Of a DNA stretch of 64,000 nucleotides, positions 25,310 to 39,670 are shown in pieces. Origin of the DNA: Eledone cirrhosa (Eukaryota); contig OZ024762.1 of NCBI GenBank assembly GCA_964016885.1, positions 27,342,001 through 27,406,000 on the forward strand. The letters run 5' to 3'. The notes beneath the pieces are model-generated. The model worked only from the letters and a program-made list of their open reading frames with translations, had not been told where the DNA came from and ran no database searches. Position 1 is the stretch's first letter, and the number at the start of each line of letters is the position of its first letter. Both the position numbers and the translations under genes were made by a program.

Positions 25310-28300
25310 ATTCCAGCATATCCATCTCTCTATCTGCCTGCCGCGTGGAACGCTGGTAAGCTTTTTTGTAAATTTCTATACAAAAAACTGAACTAATTGT
25401 TTGAAAACACATTTCATTTTGTAGACTAACCCCCAAGCTGAATTACCAGCTGGATGGTAATCCCATTTTTCGCCCCTTTAGGGGCGAACATTTAATTTAA
25501 AAATTGTTTTAAAAAATCAAATTTTGCCGACTATAAAATATAACTCAGAAAGAACGCCGGAGAACATTTACAGAGAGAAGAGAGGTAGAAAGGCAGATAC
25601 GACTGTCAACAAAGAAAAAATAAGATCGCCACTTGAACATTTTAAATTTTCTATCTTCGAAGCAGAGAAAATTAACACACAACATACACAGGAAAACACA
25701 GTAATTAAACCTATTAATATACATACGCATGAAAAATCCAACAACAACAACTACAGATAAAATTTCACCTCATCAAGAAATTGCGATTTCCAACACCGAG
25801 GCTAACAACGATAACAACAACAATAACAACACCAGAAAAAATGTCTTTCGCTGAAACAATGAACAAAAAACAAGATTTTATAAATCTTGACATCTCCAAT
25901 GCAAGAGATATGCTCCAGCAAGGGAGAAAATTTGTAACTTTCGAAGACAAGGGTGGGTTTAGAATCAACACGCCCCTCGAAATAAAAGAAGAGACAGTTC
26001 GAAGTAGAGTGAACTTCAGGACTGTCTCAAACACAACGTGAAAGACAATATTTGTGAGTCAAGAAAATATTTGTTCGCCGGAGAGAAAGATGTCTGACCT
26101 CAGCCCTTTTAACCTCTTTCACCATAACCATAGAAAATATTGACTTTCTTCAACAAGGAAAACAGTACGGAAGTATTTCCGTACTGTTTAGAAGGGAGGC
26201 ACTCGCCCAAAAACATTCTGTGACACCAATGGTGTCAAAAGCATTCACCTTTTACCCTACGTACATGGGAAAAAGGACACAACAAATAAAAATAAAAAAT
26301 ATACCACCAAACATTAACATCTGGTGGATCTTGGCTGGCTTCGTGGAGCCAGAGACTGATGCTATTCTTTCAATACGAAAGTCTATTAGACAAAGGTGGG
26401 CGGGTACTGATTTGGAGATTCTGATGCAGATGAGGCCGGAGAGAATCTCCAAAATACCTAAAAAAGATAAACATTTCGGTGGAGGGGTGTAAACCTCATT
26501 GCTTTCGCTGTGGTAGCACAGCACACCTAAAGGACTGCTGTCCTTCACAAACAGACCAGAACAACATCATTAAAACAAATATTACCAACACGAACACCAA
26601 AACAACCACCACCACAAGTACAACAACAGACGAAACGAGCAAACACACCAAAACAAACAGCCACTCAACGAAGGTGGAGACGGAGGGCAAAACTTTCGTC
26701 AAAGCAGAATCATCTCCACACATAAAACTAATAATGGTTACGATAGAAACCTATCAGAAATTGAAAGGACCGTTTTCGCAGGATGTTGGCAACCCCTGTC
26801 AAAACCCTATTAACCGCGTCTTATTAAAATGTTTCCCCACCCCACCCAACACCCCCATCAGAACTGAAATGGAGATTGAACAACCCGATCTCCAGGAAGC
26901 AAAAAGGTAAGTGCACCTTTTCGTCCTTTTCGCCAATTCTTCGTGTCGTTGCCGTCACGTAAAGCTTACAGTGAACGGATAAGTAGACTAGACAAGCAAC
27001 AGTTAACGGGAGCCATCGTCAACAATAGATGGTGGTACTCTCTCAAGAAAGCAATTAGAATAGAATCGATTGAGTTTAGCAGAGAGTTAGCCTTAAAGAA
27101 AAACAAAATAGAAAGAGAACTAGTAGCCAAGATAGAGGAGACACTTAGATGTGGCAACGCGGCTAGAGTGTTAGCGTCGAGAACGGCACTGGACCAGTTC
27201 TTCGATGCCAAACACGAAGGCTGCGTGGTCAGGAGCAAAACACGTGCTCTAGGAAACGAAGGAGCGAAGTTGTCAGCTGGGCCCGGGTGGCGGAGGCAAA
27301 AAGTGGCAAAAAGTCAACGATTCGGTCTTTGAAAGACCAAAACGGACGCGTGCTACTTGACCCCAAGTAAATGTGCGCGGCCTTTCAGCAGCACTTTGCG
27401 CGACTGTTTGAGCAGATCGACGCTGAGCCGAACGGGGCAATGGACTTTAGTTCATACCTCGACGGCCTGCCGCGTCTCTCGGACACGGACGCCGAGTTCT
27501 GCGAAAGACCGATCACAGCACTAGGCCGCTGCGGGAAACGCAAGTCACCCGGTCTAGATGGTCTATCCTATGAGTTTTACACAGGCATGCCGGACTAGTT
27601 CTCTGGCGTCCTCGAAGCCGTCTACTGCAATTGGCAGCAGAACGGGAGAATTCCCAGTTCTGCAGGTAACGGCGTAGTAACGCTGATCAGGAAAGACGAG
27701 AACAAGGGGGACGAAATTAACAATTTCCGGCCCATAACTCTGCTCAACACAGAGTTAATGATTTTGGCCAAGGTGCTAGCGACGGGGCTGGCGCTTTTCG
27801 TCGAGAACCTGGTAGGGAAAGCGCAAACGTGTGCAATCCCGACCAGGTCCATACACGACAAACTCCGCCTCATGTGAAACATCATAGAAAGGGTGGGTAG
27901 TAAACCCGGCTTCGGTGGGGCTCTGATCAATTTGGATCAGTCTAAGGCATTCGATAGAATCGACCATCGATGCTTGGAAGCGGTTCTCAAGGCGTCCGGT
28001 TTCAGTCCCGTTTTCAGAGGCTGGATCGAGGCAATGCACACCAGCATCTGCTCGAGGGTCAAGGTGAACGGCTACCTATCGGAGCCGTTTGCAATCCCGC
28101 GTTCCATTCGACAGGGATGCCCTCTCTCCTCCATTCTGTATGTATTGACTCTAGAGCCACTACTGCGGAAATTTGAGCTGTTGCAGGGCATCTCTCTAGA
28201 ACCGGGACTGCGCAAAGCGACGTCGGCTTATACCGACGACGTGACGGTAATGGTGTTGAGCACCTCGAAAATCGGGGTGATCGGCAACCTACTGAAAGAA

Positions 28301-29840
28301 TACGAAACGCTGACGGGAGCAAAACTAAATCCGGACAAGTCTTTCGGTTTACAACTCGTTACGTGGAGAGGCAAACCGATGACGTCCGACAGTGTCTTTG
28401 GACGCTGGAAGAACGGACCGGTCAAATTGCTCGGGGTCTCGTTCGGTCCAGATAGCCAGGTGAAGAAAAATCGGAACGTGATCACTGCCAAGGTGTTTGC
28501 GCTCATTCAGAAGTGGGCAGAGTGCAAACTGTCCTTGAAAGGTCGAGCGGAGGTGGCGAACACTTTCATAGCGTCCGTCATCTACTACCGCTTGACTGTC
28601 GTGCCTTGTCCCCGTGAACACCTCGCCAAGATGGAACGCATGCTCTTCCAGTTTCTGTGGAAGAAGCAGGGTCCGCTGGTGAGGAGATCCGTCTGCTGTC
28701 AGCACCCTTCCAACGGAGGGCTGGGAATGCCGTGACTGATGAAACGCAAACATGCGCTGAGGCTACGGCAACTCCAGGTATTCCTCACCGACCCCCAACC
28801 GGTGTGGGCGGCGTTTGTGAGACAGGCTTTCCCGCAGCTCGTATCGCTGACGGAGCTGCAGTCCTTGGTCAAGAAAAGACCGAAAACGATGGGCGCTTGG
28901 CACATTGGATGAGCTCAGGCGCTCACAGTCCTCTGGTAAGCGGGTGCAGCAATCAGTGGAGACTCCACTTCGCTATTCTATAGAAGGATTGTACGTTACA
29001 AGGGCGACGACGTGCTCAGAGAGACTCTAGGCGTCGAAGACGATGAGCTCACTAGTCTGATTGGTAGGACTTTCTGCCCGGGACCTATGGACAACTTCCA
29101 AAGGACCCTGGCCTGGCAGTGCTACCGAGGAGCTCTACCAGTTCGTGACAAGATCTACAGGCACGGACACCCCGGCAGGGATCCTTCCAAGAGGATGTGT
29201 CCAAGATGCGCGCAGGACATTAAAACCGTCCTGCAGGCAATTGTACACTGCCTGGGCGTAACCGACCTGTGGAACTATGCAGAACAACTGCTGTCGCCTA
29301 TGGGATAAATCCAGTTGACTGCCGAGTCCATAGTAAGGAACAAACCACCATCCTCTTTCAAAAACGAAAGAGAGGCGGTTTTTCTTTATACAGTCGCTAT
29401 GGTGAAAGAGGTTATATGGTGGACGAGATTGAGAGGACTGAGGGCAGATGCCTTTCTCACCGGACAACAATTGATTCCCTTCTTTTCGTATCACTTTACA
29501 AGGAGAATCAGAGTGGAGAGAGAAGCACTGCACACCAGTAAATTTACTGAAAGGTGGGTGAATGAAAATGGCCCGAGTGATTAGGCCTTCTCTGTTTATA
29601 AGCCTGTAGGTTAAAGAACAGAGTAAAAGGAAGAAAGGAGCACTTGCACAACACGCTCCTGAAGTTGAGGGTTGTTCTATCGACGGGGTATTAAACAACC
29701 CATTTCGTTTCCCCCGTATTGGGGATTTCGATTGTTATAATTGTTTGTTTTATATTTTTTGCACGACTGTATGTAAAATCCCCGGCATGTCTTTGTAATG
29801 TCCCCTTTTCTTGTGCACCTTGTGGCAAATAAAGGAATCT
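25310..29840 (+). mobile_element. L1/Tx1-clade LINE copy C
   Basis: ORF1 with CCHC knuckle CFRCGSTAHLKDC (about 26500); APE deleted; RT YTDD; many stops; ends AATAAA+TATC. Confidence 0.92.
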
Positions 29841-30049
29841 ATCTATATATCTTGGCAAATGAAGAAAGATATTTATTTAATTATATGTCTGCCTATCTAT
29901 CTAGTTGTCTTTCTATGTATTTATTTAGCTATATATCTGTCAGTTTATGTAAATGTTTATGTCTCTCTCTGTGTATATATACTCGTGTATATAACCATAT
30001 AAGTACTCGTGTATATAACCATATATATACACTCGTATCTAAATATATA

Positions 30050-30697
30050 TATACATATATTTCACCATTAATCGATCAGTAAACCACAATAGCCAAATAC
30101 GGATTTTCAACAAGGGAGAAGATCTAACTATCTGTGTTTACACACCAAATTCAAATCTGCGAATGACTAACAGCACGTGTCGTATTTTTTAAAAATGCAC
30201 ATATCGTACCAGCTTCATCCCAGTGGCGTGAATAGAGTTATCGACAACTAGAAATAGCAGCTGAGTCCTTTCAACTGAGTTGAAACCGGGATTTGGCTAC
30301 TGTGGTTTAACGATCGATTAATGGTGAAATATATTTCTTTAATGAAATATATACAAGGAAGATTAATCAATTTATAAGGTATCTATTTTTAAAGTTCTAG
30401 TTAAAATTTAATTAGTTCCCTACCTAGCTATGTGTGCTTACACACTTTTACAAATTATTCCCTGTGATTGTTTCATATGTCTATTTTAGATATATATATA
30501 TATGTCAATCAATTTCTAGTTAATATAAAATGCTCGGATCTATTCATTGGAATCTTGGAGCATATTCTACAGTGGATATGGCGCATGTATCTCCGACATA
30601 ACACCCTTAATTTAATTTTGGATATATACACCGCCCCTTAATTATAGAGCTAACTCAGTTGAAAGGACTCAGCTGCTATTTCTAGTTGTCGATAACC
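30050..30697. repeat. Two interleaved inverted-repeat pairs
   Basis: 30055-30110 vs 30279-30335; 30237-30281 vs 30652-30696. Confidence 0.75.
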
Positions 30698-30701
30698 ATA
30701 T

Positions 30702-31363
<662 letters not shown>

Positions 31364-31385
31364 ATAAATATAGATATATATATAC

Positions 31386-31432
<47 letters not shown>

Positions 31433-31439
31433 TATATAC

Positions 31440-31474
<35 letters not shown>

Positions 31475-31496
31475 AATATAGATATATATATATGTA

Positions 31497-31550
<54 letters not shown>

Positions 31551-31584
31551 TAGATAGATAGATAGATATAGATATATAGATATA

Positions 31585-33514
31585 TTCTTTAGGTTTGTTG
31601 GTTCACCACTGGATAGAATATTGGTCATTCCGTATGGTCAATCTTGGTGTAATATTGTGGAGAGTACTCAACGCAGTGCAGTTCACCCGTCTTCGTTTGT
31701 GTAGTTGGTGGTGCGAATACGGTGTTAATTATAAATAAAATAAAATAACAGGAGGCTGGACTGGTGTAAATCCTTGAAAGGTTTATTATACTATGATCAT
31801 TTCAGTGACCGGGTTCCATATGAATCCGGTGATATCATCAAGTATTGGAATATAACAAAGGAATATGTAAAAAACCATGGGTCCGAAAAATCAGAGACAG
31901 AGACAAAGAGGACGACTGACCAACTAGCTGCCTTTACCTCAGCCAGGCGCCCTCAAAATGGTGGCAACTGAATCCACTAATGGCCATCTGGTGAGAGGAC
32001 GAAGGCTTATAATGCACTACCACCTCTCCGTCAAAGAAAAAGGGGAAGAAAGAAAGGAAGAAAGAAGTCAGCGTAAAGGTGACACTACATTCATGCTAGA
32101 AAATGCCGCGAAAAAAATGCTACTCGAAATAATCTATAATGGGTGTCTGTATGGTCTAATGTGTGAGCCGAAGATTGGAACGTTAAACTTATGTTGCGAG
32201 TTATAGGATGAAATTAAATTGAATTAAAAATATTAAATTGCAAAATGATAAATTGAAAAATATATTATTAGAAAATTAAAGGTTAAGGTAGCGAGATTTA
32301 TTTAATGAACTTACAGAGAGATTCTTATATGAAAAAGTTAATCTCGATAAGATATCAGGATGGGATATAGAGTAAAGATTTCGATTGTGAGTCCCAGCCA
32401 GCACCCCCCAACCACGAGTCAGCCAGTTTCGAGTGGTATCGTCCAGCGAAAGAAATGGAAATTAACTTTTCCGAGTACTTTAGGAACGTAGCTACTTTAG
32501 GCCCCGAGAGTGCTAGCGGGAGGTCTACAATTTCGACAGGCCATCGTCCATACCACACGAATATTATTAATTCACACATGAGGGGATTATTTATGTGCCT
32601 GTGGAGGCATGATACAGCTAATAGTTATGCCTAAACCTGGAGTTTATAGGTATAAGTATAATATGGCGGCCAAAATAGGCGGCGCGGTGGGACAGGAGCA
32701 AAGCATCCGCTCCGAGTAATTTCGTTTACCGAAAGAGAGGAAATTTATTTTTCCGAGCACTCAAGGAAGGCTGAACTTTCCGAGTGCCCAGCACGCAGCC
32801 GGGAAAAGCCACCACATAAGTCGAAGGTAGCAACCCAATGAAAAGTGCAAATAGACCAAAATTATTTTAAAGTCCCAGTTAGTCCGGGTTATAAGTAGTG
32901 TGGTTCTTAGGTGGGTAGGGGGCTATGAAAGGTGCATAATGACCTGAGTAAGGAAAGTTAAAAAAAAATAATAAAGGCAGGATACAAAGATAAAATACAA
33001 ATATAAAGATAGAATACATTGATAAAATAATTTTAAAAAAATACATTAATAAAATAATAAAAAAATTAATAAAGGTAAATAACTAGGGACGTAGAAAGAC
33101 GGAAGTATATAAGAACGTATCGGAGGAATCACAGTGTAGGGGAAATACAATATAGATCAAGTTGTAGTAAGATAATACAGGTTGTACATATAGATATAGA
33201 GGATGGAGGAGATGGAATGTTAACCTAGTGTAAAGTTCGGGTCTCCGAATTCAGTGTGAGTCACAAAAAAAGTCCTGATGTATAGAGTAGAGAATTCAGT
33301 CAATACAATACATGTTTTAGTATAATACGTACAGTTTTGTTGGAATCGGAATCATCCTGACAAGGAAGTAGTATCAGGTGGCGGTAGATAAAGCACAGAA
33401 CAGCCAAAATCCGAATGGTAAGTAGATCAGTTAATCCCATGCTGGTAATTGAAATGATCATAGTATAATAAACCTTTCAAGTATTTACACAAGTCCAGCC
33501 TCCTGTTATTTTAT

Positions 33515-33522
<8 letters not shown>
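31585..33522 (-). mobile_element. Longer, older family B PLE-like element with inverted terminal pieces
   Basis: 31585-31900 homologous to the reverse of 62160-62490; HHR 31788-31845 (core TTGATGA); inverted partial copy 33448-33522. Confidence 0.7.
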
Positions 33523-33602
<80 letters not shown>

Positions 33603-33611
33603 CATATATAC

Positions 33612-33642
<31 letters not shown>

Positions 33643-33643
33643 C

Positions 33644-33680
<37 letters not shown>

Positions 33681-33892
33681 GGTAACTCTCTCTTGTGTTG
33701 TTATTTTTATTTTATCCTTTATACTCTTCCCTTCTTTCTTCTACACATTTACACATCTTTACACACCACGCATCTCAACGTACACCCACTTACATATTTC
33801 TCTCCACCACCGGATCTTGTTACCCGGAGATTTACCCATTTGCATTGTCGAGGCTTCCAAACGACTTAAAGATATTTATTTATTATTCCACA

Positions 33893-36514
33893 ATGCTTCA
33901 AGCAAACTTCAATACTCTCTTATCCTTACACCTGAGCCAGGAATTGTTTGCATCCGTAAGGGAACTGTTTAGACTGTCGGAGAAATGGGCCAACGCTGGC
34001 TGTCAAATTATTTTCCTGAAACGCTGCCTAAAAAAACGATGTCATCCCCAACACCATCAGGAACATCCGCTTACCAGTAAGCCTACGTACACCAGCTTTC
34101 CAAAACACCACTAACCGCATACATCGCACGTGTATTAAACAGATCCTGAGACATCTCAACCGCCAATTACACATCCATAAGCGGACACTCTCAGAGCGGA
34201 CACATCGACTGCCAATAGCACCCGGGGACTTGCTCCTGAAAATCACTAAAGCAATCGACCAGTGCTACCACTCCAGAGTCCAATACGAGAAAAAACGGCT
34301 CAAGCGAAAATATGAGTGGATCTTGTCGAAACGCCACAACAGGAACATCGACACTAACGAACAGACGGACCAGAACCACGTGGGAAACAACAACTTAACA
34401 ACCGCCACCGCCGCATCCACCAACACCGAGCGATACCTCAACGATGCGACGCACCTGGTCACCGACCTAACCGGCACTCTCACGAGCGACGAGCTGAAAC
34501 TCCTACACCTCGGACCCAAGTTCATCGTCTCACAACGTCTCGACGACAGACTCAAACTCAACATCGAGGCCAACTTTTGTCGAGCCGCTTACCAACTTAA
34601 ATGGGTGACCGCCATCAACAGCGCCACAGAAAATAACAGCGCCCACGCAACCCACACCAAGTTCCCCACTTACCACCCCGACAACCCACTCCACCCCCCA
34701 CCCAGCAAACACGAACTCGACACTAAACTCATCAGGCTAAAACACTCCGTCTCGGATATACTTCACAAACACACACACGCACAACACATAACCTCACCAA
34801 ATCTCAACTCACCACTCTCTCCAACCTAAAATCGAAGAACCTCATCTATCTCCCCTCCGACAAGGGAAAAGAATTCTGCGTCATCAGCAGAGAGGCCTAC
34901 AACACCTTGGCCCTCCAACACCTCGACGATGACAACCTCTACTCCAAGGTCACGGGAATCACTCCCGCTCAGATAGAAGAGCACATCAACGCCGCCTGGA
35001 CCAACATCTGCGACCGGCGGAAGCTCCCGAAGAAGCTGAGATACAACCTCCTCACGAGGAACAGCAGACTACCCGCCTTCTACCACCTCGTGAAAACACA
35101 CAAACAGGGACCCGACCTGAAGATCAGGCCCATCGTATCGAGCGTGGAGGGACCACTCTACAAAATTTCATGGCTCCTAGCCAGAATACTCAAACCCATC
35201 TTAGACACCTTGCCGGGACACGTTAACAGCTCCGAGGAGGTGTTGAAGCGCCTGCATCAAATGGATCCCGACACCAGAAGGAATAACAGATATGCCTTCA
35301 GCCTTGATGTAGTCGCTCTCTACACCTCGGTCCCGGCACTCCCGGTCGTCAATATACTGATGGAACGCGTCCAATCCACCGACTTACACTGCTTCGAGCT
35401 CACCACCACTGACATCAACCATCTCCTATCCATCGTCGTCGACAACACCTACTTCGGATTCCTTGACCAAACATACCAACAAACCGCGGGATTGCCCATG
35501 GGATCAAGCCTATCAGGTGTGCTAGCGATCTCTTACATGGACAACCTCGAACGCAAGGCACTCAACGCCTGCCACCCCAACGCCGTAGCCTTTTTCTCAA
35601 GGTACGTGGACGATATCCTCATCCTCACAACTTCCCAAGACACGGCGAACAGAATCTATGAGACGTTCAACAACACAGACGAGAACATTGACTTCAGTGT
35701 TGAACACCCCAACGAAGACGGGTCACTTGCCCTCCTCGACATCCGAATCAACATCACGGAACAGGGAAGGATCCACTGCAACTTCTACCGAAAGGCAGCC
35801 TGCAGGGACCTGTTCGTTCACTACAAGTCCACCCTCCCTAACAGTGCCAAAAGAGGATACATCACGAACGAGATCGCGCGAATCAAAAACAGATGCAGCG
35901 ATCCCGCGAGTGGTGTCACTCATACCAAGCGATTCCTCGAGGTGCTGGAGACGAACGGGTACCCTACCTCGATCACAGAGAGAATAGGAGACACCAGACA
36001 CAAGAGACAGAGAGGCACCCAAAGCAAGTGCTTCCTTAAAATTCCACATCTGGGCGAGAATACCACCAACGCTATCCGCAAGGCTACACGGAGGGAGGGC
36101 CTCGACATCCACCTGGCCCACTCGGGCCCCTCCCTGCGAAGATGCCTCTCCAAGAAACCCGGGATATATAGTGACGCATGCTCCCTCAGAGACTGCCCGA
36201 TACGCCATGCGAACTGTTGCCTACGCACATACGTCGTGTATAAGATAGAATGTGACAGGTGCAACCAATACTACATAGGTAGCACAATCCGACCTTTGCA
36301 CATCCGGATCAAGGAACACACTAAAACCAAGGCCTCGTCTTTCCGGAAACACATAGACAAATGCGGAAACAAAGACGGAAGGCCCATTGTCACAATTCTA
36401 GCGACTGAAAGAAACGTCGGCACGTTACGTATCAAGGAAGCACTTGTTATCAAACGCCTGCAACCGCAAATAAACAACCGATTAGAGAGAAGCGAAATGA
36501 GATGGCTGGTTTAA
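33893..36514 (+). CDS. PLE polyprotein: RT plus C-terminal GIY-YIG endonuclease (two apparent frameshifts at about 34030 and 34790; 34907-36514 open)
   Basis: K.HK...RPIVS, SLDVVALYTSVP, GLPMGSSLS, RYVDD, FYRK, Cys-rich linker, VVYKIEC..C..YYIGST.R.L..R..EH. Confidence 0.93.
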
Positions 36515-36646
36515 GTTAACAAACGATGTAGCAACACGCAACACACGCACACACAAACGAGACAACTACACACACACACACACACACAGTAGCATTCCAC
36601 CATACGAACATACTACACTGCCAATACAGAGGAACAAGGCAACTAC

Positions 36647-36688
<42 letters not shown>

Positions 36689-36924
36689 AAGCGAGACAAC
36701 AACACACGCACACACACACACAGTAACATTTAACAAACAGGCAGAGAATGGACTGACAGCTAGCGCCACCCCACTCCCTCATTCGGCCGCTGACCTCTGC
36801 TCGACCGACCCCATTTCACGCGCACGCGCGATCTGCCGAATACCTCAGATATTCAAAACAACAAACAGCGGAGGACGCGTTTCGCACCTGTCCGACAGAC
36901 AACCTTTACCCCGGAAAAAAAAAA

Positions 36925-36959
36925 CCCAGTTGATGGATGTGAATCCGAAATATATAGGG
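36925..36959 (+). ncRNA. Hammerhead-like motif with atypical core in the PLE 3' pLTR
   Basis: CC-CAGTTGA-T-GGAT gtga ATCC-GAAA-TATA-TA-GG, at the position expected for a PLE HHR. Confidence 0.55.
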
Positions 36960-37318
36960 ACAATTAAATCTCTCCCAAGGTAACTCTCTCTTGTGTTGTT
37001 ATTTTTATTTTATCCTTTATACTCTTCCCTTCTTTCTTCTACACATTTACACATCTTTACACACCACTCATCTCAACGTACACCCACTTACATCTCTCTC
37101 TCCACCACCTGATCTTGTTACCCGGAGATTTACCCATTTGCATGGTCGAGGCTTCCAAACGACTTAAAGATATTTATTTATTATTCCACAATGCTTCAAG
37201 CAAACTTCAATACTCTCTTATATATATATATATATATATAAACGAAGGAAATGTGGTAAGGAACCAGGTGGACCATAACGCACCAAAGTACTCAATACTT
37301 AGGGTAGTAGAGTGGGTT

Positions 37319-37375
<57 letters not shown>

Positions 37376-37378
<3 letters not shown>

Positions 37379-37470
37379 CTCTACGGTTCTTACATATTTT
37401 ATATATATTTATCCTTATCGAGCCCTCTTTGGATTTTAGTCTTCAAATTTAATATTATTACTATATATAT
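37376..37470 (+). repeat. Dispersed ~90-bp repeat abutting (TA)n
   Basis: gctctacggttctta...cctctttggattttagtctt also at 5502-5590, inverted at 2440-2525, partial at 50783-50818. Confidence 0.75.
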
Positions 37471-39381
37471 AAAATGAGGTAAATATCTCTCTGATGAACT
37501 TTACTTTTCCGTTAGAAATTCTCTGAATTTCTAATCTTTTGTATATATATATATATACTCGTGTATATATATATATACTCGTGTATATATATATATATAC
37601 TCGTGTATATAACCATAATTGCAGTAGACACAATGACGTGAGCTTTAGGTGTGGTTTAAAAATAAGTTAACTGGCGTAGCTATATGTATATGTAGTTATG
37701 TGTTTATGTGTGTGCGTGTGTGTGCCCGTGTGTATGTGTGTGTCTATGCGCGCTCGTGTATGTGTGTATGTACATTCATGTATATGTGTGTGTATAAGCT
37801 CGTGTATGAGTGTGCATATATGCACACTCATACACGAGCGTGTATAGACACATACACATACACGAGCGTGCATACACACACTTACACGAGCCTGCATATA
37901 CACATACACAAGTGGGCATATACACACATACATAAGCGTGCATACACACACATACACGATCGTGCATATACACACATATATACGAGCGTGCATACACACA
38001 CATATACACGAGCTCACATATAGACACAAGCACGCTCGTGTATGTGTATGTGTATGTGTATGTGTCTATATGCACGCTCGTGAATGTGTGTATATCTGTT
38101 TATGTATATGTGAGTGTGTATTAGCGTATGTACATTGATGTACATATGCGTATCTATGTTTGTATGCATTATTGTGTGTGTGTATGTGTGTGTGTGTGCA
38201 TGCGTACACTCGTGTATGTGTGTAAATGCGCGCTCGTTTACCTGTGTATATACACGCTCCTGTATGTGTGTATATGCACGCTTGCATGTAAGTGTGTATA
38301 TGCACTCGCGTGTGTGCGTATGCGCGCTCGTGTATGTGTGTATGCAAATTGACGTATATATGCGTGTCTAAATATGTGTGTATGCACGCTTGTGTGTAAG
38401 TGTTGACGCTCGTGTGTGTATACGCGCGCTCCTGTACATGTATGTGTCGGCTTATATATATGTGTGTGTTTAGATCAAAGAGATCCCAGTTGAACCCAAG
38501 ACATCTCACAGATATATTATATTCTTCAGTCGCCATATTGGAATATCTTCCGGCATCTTCAAGATGGTTGATCGGATTTCAAGGAGGTTTGGCTCCTATT
38601 TAGATGTTAACTGACAAAACTAGAGTCCGCTATGTTGACTCGTGTAGAAGTAGGTGCACGGGTGAGGGGGATTTTAAGGATTTCTGAGGGGGAACGGAGG
38701 GTTCTCTGGGGTTTTTGTGTGTGTGTGTGTGCGTGCGCGCGCGTGTGTGTGTGTTATGTTGTTTGTTGTTGTATGTTGGTCTCAGGCGATAAGGATGATG
38801 ATAATGGTGGTGGTGATGGTGGTAGTGATAATGATGACATCTGTCTATATATTTTGTCTGTGCGTGTATATGTGCGCGTGTGTGTGTGCATGTGCGTGTG
38901 TGTGTGTCTGTGCGTGTGTGTATAGAAGAATAAGAAAAAAGAAAGAAGAAGAGGAGGAAGGAGAAGAATAAGAAAACGATGGCATATGTGTGTATAAGAT
39001 TTGTGTGTTTGTGTGCGTGTGTGCATCGGCGCGTGAATAAGAAAAAGAAGAGAGATGGTGAAGAAGAAGAAAGCAAAAGAAATAGAAAAAAGAAAAAAAA
39101 GAAAAAGAAAAAGAGGAAGAAGAAGAAAACGATGACGAAGAAGAAGAAGAATTATTGTTAGTATTATTTATATATTTATCGACAGCTGCTTCTCAACCCA
39201 GATTAGAAATTCCCATTTTTAGCGATATTTATTGATGTGTTTGGTAATGTAAGTATATGTGTAAATGACATTCTCGAAAAGTCGGGCTTTTCAGGCAAGG
39301 AATCTGTCAAAGGAAAAAAGATGGTCGTGTTATCAATTAATTGCTTTTAACACAGTTCCATTGTGTGTTTGTGTATGTATA

Positions 39382-39485
39382 CAGGGTGTACCCTCAAAAT
39401 GTATATACAATTTGATTACCTATACAGGCAATGCAATATTTATTAGAGTGCTGTTGAAGTGTCTATAATTTTTTGGGACACCCTG
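39382..39485. mobile_element. Tc1/mariner-type MITE
   Basis: TA-CAGGGTGT...ACACCCTG-TA terminal inverted repeats. Confidence 0.8.
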
Positions 39486-39575
<90 letters not shown>

Positions 39576-39627
39576 GATATATATATAGAGAGAGATATAG
39601 ATATAGATATAGACATATATATATCAA

Positions 39628-39670
<43 letters not shown>

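Larger units (their letters stand above)
33681..37220 (+). mobile_element. Near-full-length Penelope-like retroelement with direct pseudo-LTRs
   Basis: 33681-33922 repeated at 36980-37220; RT + GIY-YIG ORF between; (TA)n on both flanks. Confidence 0.95.
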
